Assembly (NCBI GenBank): GCA_951406725.2
Contig: OX597828.1
Span: 65,410,001-65,474,000 of the forward strand
Direction: 5' to 3'
Source of the DNA: Octopus vulgaris
Taxonomy: Eukaryota
DNA: 64,000 bases
Shown here: piece by piece, positions 54,690-64,000 of the stretch
How the letters are laid out: every line of letters begins with the position of its first letter
Position numbering within the stretch: the stretch's first letter is position 1
The notes under the pieces: generated by a model
Told to the model about the DNA's origin: nothing
Databases searched by the model: none
The model's input: only the letters and a program-made list of their open reading frames with translations
Translations under genes and position numbers: made by a program

Positions 54690-54830
54690 ATAAGCTTTGA
54701 TAGAAGATTCGTAGGAGAGACACGGTCGAAGCCTTTGCTAAAGTTTAAAGCAACAACATTGCTTTCAGCTATCATTTTTAAATCGAGAGCCCACTGGCAA
54801 GTGATATAAAACAATAGGTTTTCAGTGGAT
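54690..54830 (-). mobile_element. Short LINE RT relic
   Basis: ESNVVALNFSKGFDRVSPTNLLSKL (D.SKAFDRV motif). Confidence 0.6.
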
Positions 54831-54930
54831 CCGGTCCTGGGGAAGCAGTATGAGGAGCACTTGTTGCAGAGAGAAAGAGAGACAGAGAGACAAAGCGAGA
54901 AATGGAGAGTGATTATATATACATATATAT

Positions 54931-55138
54931 ATGTGACCGCGTGTGTACCGTTGGCGATTTTTTTCCTCTGTCTTCCCTTCTCTGGATCTTTCATTCTCCT
55001 ATGTTTCCGACAAAGAGCTCCGCTCGAAACGTTAAACCCTCCTTCTTTCCTTCTTTCCTGAGCGTCCAATAATACTATATTTGTTCCACGTCCTCGCGTT
55101 GTTGTGTTTTTTTTGTGCTTTCTTGTTTGGATTAACTT
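54931..55138 (+). mobile_element. Second copy of the 16668-16875 element, between (TA)n; HHR core mutated at 55003-55037
   Basis: GTTT CcGACaA A GAGC tcc GCTC GAAACGTT AAAC. Confidence 0.85.
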
Positions 55139-55154
55139 TATATATATATTTATG

Positions 55155-55226
<72 letters not shown>

Positions 55227-55310
55227 TAAACAGTAAAAATAATTACAGACATGGACAAGAACATGAAACACCACAGAGACGACACAAGAACCACAGGACG
55301 GGACATTCGA

Positions 55311-55378
55311 AGCCCTCAGTCATCAGTCAAGAACCAGATCATCTTAGCAATTTCGGCTGATTAATCTTGAGATTACTA
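55311..55378 (-). ncRNA. Candidate permuted/pseudoknotted hammerhead, copy A
   Basis: TAGTAAT-C-TCAAGA ttaa TCAGCC-GAAA-TTGCTA ... TCTTGA-CTGATGA-CTGAGGGCT. Confidence 0.55.
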
Positions 55379-56185
55379 GATCACGGCCAGCCCTCCAAGA
55401 AAAACTAAGCAACGAGCATTAGAAAAACTAAGCTGGGAGCGTAGATTTCCTGGAAGAAGGATCGAATGCATACGGACACCAGGACAGCAAAAGGGACGAA
55501 TATAAAAAAACAAAAAAATAATGGAATACAGAAACATGAAATACAGAAGCATTAACGGTGAAAACAACAACAAGTGTCTTACGACTGATAACAAGCAAAC
55601 AAATTTTTTCTCTGGCGCAAGGAAAGGAGCCTTATCGGCGATGCCTATAGCGGCGGACGAAAAACAACGATGTTAACACGACGCTGGTCAGAAGCTGAAA
55701 GGCAGATTTCGGCCAGCAGTCACGTGACAGAGGAGAGAGAAAAGAAAAGAAAGAGAAGCAGCGGAAGAGAGAGAGAGAGGAGAGAGAGAGAGGAGAGAGA
55801 GAGAGGAGGGACAAACGCAACAAAGAGAGAGAAGAGAGAGAAAGAAGGAATCAGAGAGGAGAAGGGATGGGTGTCGAAGATTGACCTGTGAGTGCAGAGC
55901 GAGACAAAGAATTAGGAGGGTAGTGGAAGATTAGACCAAAGAATCAGAGGAAAGAGAAGAGAAAAGGAGGATGAGTAGAGAGAGAAGGGGACAGATCAAG
56001 TAAAAGAGAGAGAGAGAGAGAGACAAACAAAGAGTCGTACCAGTTATTAAGAATATGTGCTCACATTAATGTTAAGAGGGTACGTGGCGCCTGGAATATA
56101 TGTTAAGGTATGTAGAAAAATACAACATGGACAAGAACGTATAACTCTTAGAAGACGATACAATAAACACGGACAGGACATTCGA

Positions 56186-56252
56186 AACCCTCAGTCTTCA
56201 GTCAAGAACCGGATCATCGTAGTAATTTCGGCTGATTAATCTTGAGATTGCT
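56186..56252 (-). ncRNA. Candidate permuted/pseudoknotted hammerhead, copy B
   Basis: AGCAAT-C-TCAAGA ttaa TCAGCC-GAAA-TTACT ... TCTTGA-CTGAAGA-CTGAGGGTT. Confidence 0.55.
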
Positions 56253-57336
56253 CCGATATGGGCAGCCCGCCAAGGGAAATCTAAGCCAAGCGCATTAGAT
56301 CCCCTGGAAGAAAGCTTCGAATGTATACAACACGAGGACGGAAAACGAACGAAGTACACGAACAAAAATACAGAATACGTGACACCAATAAGAATACAAA
56401 AACGTAAAAACAATAACGGTAAAAATAAAAAATAAACAACAAAACAAAACCAGGACGTAGCACAAGGGTCTTTCGACAGGACGAGTTGAGTATGGGGCTG
56501 GCTTATGAAGTTGTGCCTAATGGCCGCAGGGAGACGAACAAATACGTGTTGCTTCGGCGACTGCTGGAACGAAAAGAGCGCTCAACAGAGGCTAGCGGTC
56601 ACGTGAGAACAAAAGACAGGAGAAAGGGACAGATGAAAAGAGAGAGAAGGTGGACGAGGGAGGAGAAGAAAGAGACAGATCGAGGGGGCTGGAGGTGAGA
56701 GAGATAGAGAAACGTAGAAGGGGGGGAAGACGGATGGAGAGGGAAAGAAAGGAAGGGGAATAAGGGAGGAGAGAGAGAGAGAGAAAGAGACAGATTAAGA
56801 GTCGTATCAATGCTAGAGAAAAAATATACTTATCGTATAAGGACAATTGTGGATACGTAGCCGCCGATTATATAGGTAAACAGTAAAAATAATTACAGAC
56901 ATGGACAAGAACATGAAACACCACAGAGACGACACAAGAACCACAGGACGGGACATTCGAAGCCCTCAGTCATCAGTCAAGAACCAGATCATCTTGAGAT
57001 TACTAGATCACGGCCAGCCCTCCAAGAAAAACTAAGCAACGAGCATTAGAAAAACTAAGCTGGGAGCGTAGATTTCCTGGAAGAAGGATCGAATGCATAC
57101 GGACACCAGGACATACATAAGGAAAATAAGACAAGGTAGAAAATGCTAAAATAATTTTATCATGAAATACAAGAAAAACAATTAAAGTGAGGAAAAAATT
57201 AAATGAAATGTTTTGTAAATATTTCCAGTCTTCAATTAGACAGAACATTTTCCTTTCTCGCTCTCTCTCTCTCTCGCTCTCTCTCGCTCTCTCTGTCTCT
57301 CTCTTTCTCTCTCTCTCCCTCTCTCTCTCCCTCTCT

Positions 57337-57387
<51 letters not shown>

Positions 57388-57428
57388 TTTGTGAAGGCTC
57401 GTTAGGTTGATAGTGGCAGATCAGAAAA

Positions 57429-57595
57429 ATTGTGTTTATGGATGCAAAAGTATATTTGGTTCTGAAGTTTGATGGTTTAAGCAGCAGCAGCCGAAGAAGG
57501 ATAAAGTTTCTTCTTCGCCTTCTCCTTCTTCGGCTGCTGCTGCTTAAACCATCAAACTTCAGAACCAAATATACTTTTGCATCAATAAACACAAT
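57429..57595. repeat. Inverted repeat, 73-bp arms, 21-nt loop
   Basis: 57429-57501 is the reverse complement of 57523-57595 with one mismatch. Confidence 0.95.
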
Positions 57596-58884
57596 AGCAC
57601 TTCTTGTTAGATGTACTATTTCCTGAAAGAGTAAGGGCCTTTTAAGTCCTGAAATCTGCTTGAAATTTGCATTTCAAACAGTTGAAATAGATCCCACTCC
57701 AAATTACACACATATATACATACTTATACAAGTATACATACATAATACATACATAATACATACACACATGCACACACACACACACATGTATATATATATA
57801 TATATATACACCCACATGTACGTGTATTTGTTTGTGTCTGTGATTGTGCGTATATGTGGCATGAGTGTGCATATAGTTTACATATTGCAATAGTGTTTCT
57901 TACTTGACATTGATGAATCTTAGTTACAGTTTGCCAGATTATCGTCTATCGATTCCACAAAACTTCATTTGACATTTCCATCTATTTCGAAATTAAACGT
58001 CCTTGTGCTCCAGCGAGCAAAACTATCTCAGTGTGGTTACTCTATCTACAAGAAATAGCAGCCAAATACCAACTCTCTCTCCCTCTCTCTCTTCAATCAC
58101 AAGTCTGTCGTCTTACAACAGAAATTTCACACTGAATAATGTCGTCCTAGCTACGTTTTGACTTATATAAAGAACGGCTGATCATAGCCCAGAAAGCGTT
58201 TGCTCAAAGTTTTCTAATTTTGGATATGAGAGTAAAACAATAAACAGCAGCAAAAAAAAAATTATTAAATGGAATTTAAACTTGACACTAAGATCTGACA
58301 GTCCTTTATATTATCCATTTAAACATATTGAGTTTTATTAGTTCTAATCACAGATAATCGGCACAGAAAGAGTCTGTTTTCCACTCTAACGAGTCACAAT
58401 GATAAGATGCAAAGTTATAAACTTTTCATTACAGGGACATCACTATCATCCACTTGGCCATTGCAGCTCTCGCCCTCTCACCCATCCAATAAATCAATAG
58501 TGCTTTTATACATAGGAACAACTCCTTATATTTATTACTAACAGGAATGGTACTGTACAACTTCCTAGCTTTTATCAAAACCATTAATAACGCAATTAGT
58601 GTGAACCGAGATACAAATTATAGCACTTGCCTGATACAATATTTTATTGCTATGTTGCGGTTTTCAACACCGAACCAATAATATTTCGTTGTCCTAGATG
58701 AGCACATCGCAAACAAGTTATGGTGTTTTTGTAAGACATACCACCGTGCGATTTCGTTTCCTGGTTAAAAGCCTTTTGACTGAATTTATGTCACAAATGC
58801 GTTTCAGAGAGGTACAATTATTATGGGCAAAACTTATGTGTGAAACTGATTGCAATACCGATTCTCTCTTGCTCTCTTATATTT

Positions 58885-59377
58885 TATCCTTTACTTCTTT
58901 CAGTCATTTGACTGCGGCCATGCGGGGCACCACCTTAAATAATTTTTAGTCGGGTGAAGCAACCCAAGGACTTAATTTTTTAAGCCAGGTACTAACTCTA
59001 TCGGTTTCTTTTTGCCGAACCGCTAGGTTATGGGGACATAAACACATCAACACCGGTTGTCAGGTGCTGGTGGTGGGGGACAAACACAGACACAAAGACA
59101 CGCACACATGAATATATATATCATGCATATATATATATGTGTGTGTGTATGTGTGTGTGTGTTGTGTGTGCGTGTGTATGTGTGTGTTTATGTGTGTGTG
59201 TATGTGTGTGTACATGACGGGCTTCTTTCAGTTTCCGTCGGCCAAATCCACTCACACGGCTTTAGTCAGCCCGAGGCTATAGTAGAAGACACTTGCCCAA
59301 GGTTCCACGCAGTGGGACTGAACCCGGGAACGTGTAGTTGGGAAGCAAGCCTCTTACCAGACAGCCACGCCTGCGTC
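58885..59377 (-). mobile_element. SINE family 2, full length
   Basis: Matches 8093-8506. Confidence 0.9.
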
Positions 59378-59496
59378 TATGATGAGATAATTTTTAATGT
59401 AAATTTTAAAAACTAATATTATTAAAATAAACATACTGAGTTTGAAATTAATTGGTTATAAGCGGCTTCAATTATAAGGAAGAACTCTTTTAACAA

Positions 59497-59571
<75 letters not shown>
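59497..59571. repeat. (GAAA)n microsatellite
   Basis: Direct reading. Confidence 0.99.
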
Positions 59572-59572
<1 letters not shown>

Positions 59573-60080
59573 GAAATCAATATCTCATAGTTATTATCGC
59601 ATCACAATTGTTTGTATTTGTTGATAATATTATCAGCATTATTGTTCTTTTTTAATTTCAGCCAAGTCGCTGAAACGACTTCAGCACACAGTTGTTGAAT
59701 TTTCCCTGTGGAACGCAGCAGGTTCTTTTAAAAAGATATTAGAACAAAGACGTGCAACATGAAATAATCATTAAGAAATTTTGTTTTAATATGAGATAAT
59801 TAAAATGTGTAGTGCAAACAGGGTTTGAATGGCCCAACAACGGGTTGAAGTCGTAGCGTAATTAGTGCTGTCTTAATCTTATATTAGTACTGTCATGAGG
59901 AATTGCAACTTGTAGCAAAAACTAAAATTAGTTTCATGAAGACCGTTGAAGACGGGCTTCACATTTTCTTCAAGATTATCTTCTGTAGAGAGATGTATCG
60001 CCTCATTAAAGTAAGAGCATATCGATCAGTTAGAAGAAATTTTGCCTATAAGATCTGTCTATAAGATATATATATTTATG

Positions 60081-60121
<41 letters not shown>

Positions 60122-60419
60122 GTCTGGTTTGTGTGCAAGATCGAATAGAATTCTGTTTCCGAAGATACATGCAATGTATTGGCAGATGTTTAATTTTCGG
60201 TGTAATTGACTTACTCCCTCCCTCGAACATGCTGACCGTGTGCCAAAATTTGAAATCGATATTTATTACATTGAAAGGTTCAATTTTTAATAAGGAATTA
60301 GTACCAAATTTTAAAGAATGCGTTAACTAAGGAATGGTAGTGAAAGTAATTTAGTATGAAAGACCGTGTTTTTTATTTTTTTTTAAACCTTATCGGGTAT
60401 GTTTTAACTTCCATACCTT

Positions 60420-61350
60420 TTGATACACTTAAGCAACTCCGAGTAGTATTTTGAACTGATAAACAATATTCACTGCTTTTGTCGAGGGTTTATCTTCTGC
60501 TACAGTAATGGATATTTCCTAGATAAGCAGAGGCCAGAAATTTATTCAGAGGAACCCGTTCCAGTAGATCAGGGTCTTGAATCTTCTTAGTAACCCAAAC
60601 TTGTTCTCAATCAATCGGGTAAGCTCTAGTGGGTCTATGTCCTTTAAATTGAAGACCTTCTCAGGTTTCTTCACCGGTATTCTCTGAAACAAATAGGGTC
60701 TAGTCTTCAATCATTTTCAAGCGTAATTTGTTAGTAATCTTCCCATGCTTCAAAACCATACACTAAGAGTTTCCGGGTTTGAACATATTTCCATCCACAC
60801 TACTTGATTCCCTAACTTCCGCAGGCTTCACTTGGCATCCGGTACTTTTGTTGTTTATTGTGAAGTCATCGATTAAAGATTAGATTGATAGTTGTCTCAA
60901 CCCAAAGTTGCTGAAGTGATCCCAACTTTCCTTTGCTGGCTTGGCCCAACATGTTCGTTACCGAAAATGCAAAAGAAGGACACCTCGATGATGTAGTTGG
61001 TAATTATCCTCACTTTTGGCAAATATCAGTCAGACGTCAGCAGACCAGAGAAAACCCTCGAACTGAAGGTGTTGCTAAAGTCTATACAGTCCTCTATCTG
61101 GTGTGGTATATGATGTTTCTAATATAACCTCGACTAGCTTGTACGGTACTGACCCATAGGCATTGGTCAGATCTGGCCCAAGTAGAGCAAGGCCCTCTTT
61201 TCCTTTTCTTGTTTCCCTGATGAGGTGGGTCAGCACACCTGTGTATTCAAGAGAAATAGGGCTCCCCGAGTATGTCTCCCTTCTGTACTGACGCATCTAC
61301 ATAATCATTTTCCAGCAGAAAATTGGAACGTCTCTTGGAGAACTAAATAA
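60420..61350 (-). mobile_element. Decayed R2-group (Hero-like) non-LTR RT fragment
   Basis: SLEYTGVLTHLIRE.RKGKEGLALL..DLTNAYGSVPYKLVE resembles the LDL.NAYGS.PH motif. Confidence 0.7.
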
Positions 61351-61640
61351 AAATCCTGCTGAGTGGATGACCACCTCGGCTCCCTGCTCTTTGAATTCAT
61401 ATGCCCTTTTGGCATATCTCTATGCTGCACATTCTCAATTCTCCTGCTTTTTCTTACTGTTAAGTAAAATTACCGTATGGCTTGCCGTAATACTTTTATC
61501 TTGCATTGATTTGATTTTTCAATTAATTATAACGCATTAAAAGATCTGATTATCCTTCCTTCACATTGATCTGCCAAAGAGACTAACGGACAAATGTGTT
61601 CTATATACTCTCAAGTTCAGAATCGATCAAATAAGTACCG

Positions 61641-61877
<237 letters not shown>

Positions 61878-62689
61878 TATAGAGCTTTAACTTTTATTAT
61901 AGTAGTAACAATGGAAGACTGATGGGATTATTATTTGTATGTATTTAGAGATTGGGCGCGATTTAGCATATTATTTAGTTATTGCGGTTTACTATTAATA
62001 CCAATACAATGGACATTGGTTTATGTTTCTTTGTAGTAGTTTATTAAAGTTAGTCTTTAATCCAGCCTATAAATGGATTGATTGCTTGAATGAATGAATA
62101 CAGTCATTCAGCTTTCACTTTTATATCACACTACGGAAGACGGCAGGGATTATAATTTTTGTATGACTTAATGGATTGGTCGCTGTTTAGTTACGCATTT
62201 AAGAGTTGGTTGTAGTTTACGAATTGAATTTATTTACCGATACGGTTGTACATAGGATAAATGTATTTGAAAATTGGTACTCACAGAATTACTGCCGTGC
62301 CCTACATAGTTAAGGATGCCCTTTCATAAGGCATAGAGCCCGTTCAGCCACCCTGTAAGGGATATGACAAATTCATAGGACTGCAGTATGGTGGATTGTG
62401 AAGCGGAATCAGAAGAGCTCAACTGAGTCAACAGTGCTTCTGAGAGTGATACTGAACGAAAGAATCCTAGAAGATAAATAGGTCAGTATCACCAAGCTAT
62501 ATCAAGAGCGGGTGGTATCCATGGTTGTGTGATCAGCTAATTAATTATTCATTAACTGAAAGATTCGGCTGATGAAAAATTCCTTATGATTCAAGTTCTC
62601 AAGCTTCCATCAACACAGGTCAACTTGAGGCTATAGTGGAAAACACTTGCCCAAGATGCCACGCACTGGGACTGAGCACGGAAACATAA

Positions 62690-62830
62690 AATATACTTTC
62701 CTTCATTTTCTAGAATGCTCTTCCATCTATCTGGTAGACTTGCAAAGCCCCTCTTCCAAAATTTACTTGTCCGTGACGAAAAATGCTCCTCCAGTACCTC
62801 GTCTACAGAGTTCATATTTCTTCCATCCAA
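62690..62830 (-). mobile_element. Mariner transposase C-terminal relic
   Basis: HFSSRTSKFWKRGFASLPDRWKSILENEGKYI. Confidence 0.85.
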
Positions 62831-63256
62831 TAAGTGTGTGTGCGCGCGCACATGTATGTAGCGTTTTCCGAATAGTCTACGTCTAACAAATTTTATTCTC
62901 AGAGCATTGATGACCTTGAGGATACGGCAGAAGTAACCTTCATAAGGTGCTGCGCAATTGAATTGAACCAGCAGCTTTGTGATCGCGAATCGAAAATATA
63001 CGAAGAATTTCAGTAATGACAGAGAAAAAATAACGCATCCTATTATCTTTTTACACAATTGGAAATGAAAACATTCCCTTCGGACTTGTCCATGACGAAA
63101 ATTGTCCATGACGAAATTACAAGGTCTTTTACCCAAAGCCATATTTTATCAACAAATTGGAATTAAAATTAATAGAAACATGAAATTAATTTTAATAGGA
63201 ATATGCAGTAACGAGAAAGTTTGGATTTAGAAAGAATATTATCTTAAAGATTTCAA

Positions 63257-63373
63257 AATTTTCAATTAGTTTTCAAAAAACTTGTACAATTTAATTGAAA
63301 ATACAGTTACGAAAAATTTTCAATTAGTTTTCAAAAGTCTTGTACAATTTAATTGAAAATACAGTTACGAAAA
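63257..63373. repeat. Tandem duplication, two ~58-bp units
   Basis: TTTTCAATTAGTTTTCAAAA..CTTGTACAATTTAATTGAAAATACAGTTACGAAAA twice. Confidence 0.93.
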
Positions 63374-63738
63374 TCACCATTAGATTGCTACTCTGCCACG
63401 AGAAATTTGAACAGAAACTTTGTAGCCTTTGTGATGAATTTTAACATAGTTGCCGCTTATTTCATAAACTTTACAGGCTGTAAAAACACAGTAAGCCAGG
63501 ATGGGGTTGATAATCAGAATGGAAACTAAGGAAATTATATATGTTAAGACATCATTTTCCACGTTCTTACACGTTCTGCTATTCCAACTCCTTCAGAATC
63601 GGAATATTAATTCTTTGTTGGTCAAATAGGAGAAAAAAATTCTCATGGCATTTTTCATCAACGTCTTATGACATTAATTAAATTATTACAAACTGAGAGA
63701 GCATTTCTCTTTGTCTGAGTGTGTTTGTATGTTTATGG

Positions 63739-63830
<92 letters not shown>

Positions 63831-64000
63831 GTGTGTTATTCATGAAAGTGACAGGTTCAAAGAAACGTTCTAAGTCCATTTAAGACTGAAAAAAACTGAG
63901 AGAAACAAATGTGAAAGTGGAAATGTGTGTGCCCCATTTACACACACCAACTGATAACAGGGACACGCACACTCGCTCACATACATATACACCTATAAAC

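Larger units (their letters stand above)
55222..57112 (-). mobile_element. Tandem A-B-A' array of a ~0.8-0.9-kb non-coding unit
   Basis: 55222-55483 is nearly identical to 56871-57112; diverged homolog starts near 56110; A and B share CACGTGA, a GA-rich tract and AAGAGTCGTA. Confidence 0.88.

Noticed and set aside
55447-55476. Plus-strand CTGGAAGA...CGAATGCAT motif, also near 56303
   Set aside because: Core deviates (extra G, GAAU) and no consistent stem I is present.

Overview
AT-rich, repeat-saturated eukaryotic DNA with no intact protein-coding gene that I can support. The SINE families and the density of (TA)n, (TG)n and (GATA)n tracts suggest an octopus-like cephalopod intron or intergenic region (inference). 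Nearly all listed ORFs are microsatellite artefacts. Real content: more than 25 copies of tRNA-derived SINEs; decayed CR1-like, Tx1/L1-like and R2/Hero-like LINEs; mariner, hATm-like, Helitron and MITE relics; two Penelope-like (PLE) GIY-YIG endonuclease fragments. The main hidden layer is about 14 hammerhead-ribozyme (HHR) motifs found by hand, five of which keep an intact catalytic core, mostly in short non-coding elements next to microsatellites. The most novel candidate is a tandem non-coding repeat at 55.2-57.1 kb. On the minus strand it carries all three hammerhead core strands in an order matching none of types I, II or III, suggesting a pseudoknotted, permuted or inter-repeat ribozyme. 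Also notable: a Tx1-like LINE bordered by (GATA)n that shares its 3' end with the main SINE, and several fold-back hairpins. All structures were read by eye; none was folded or searched computationally.
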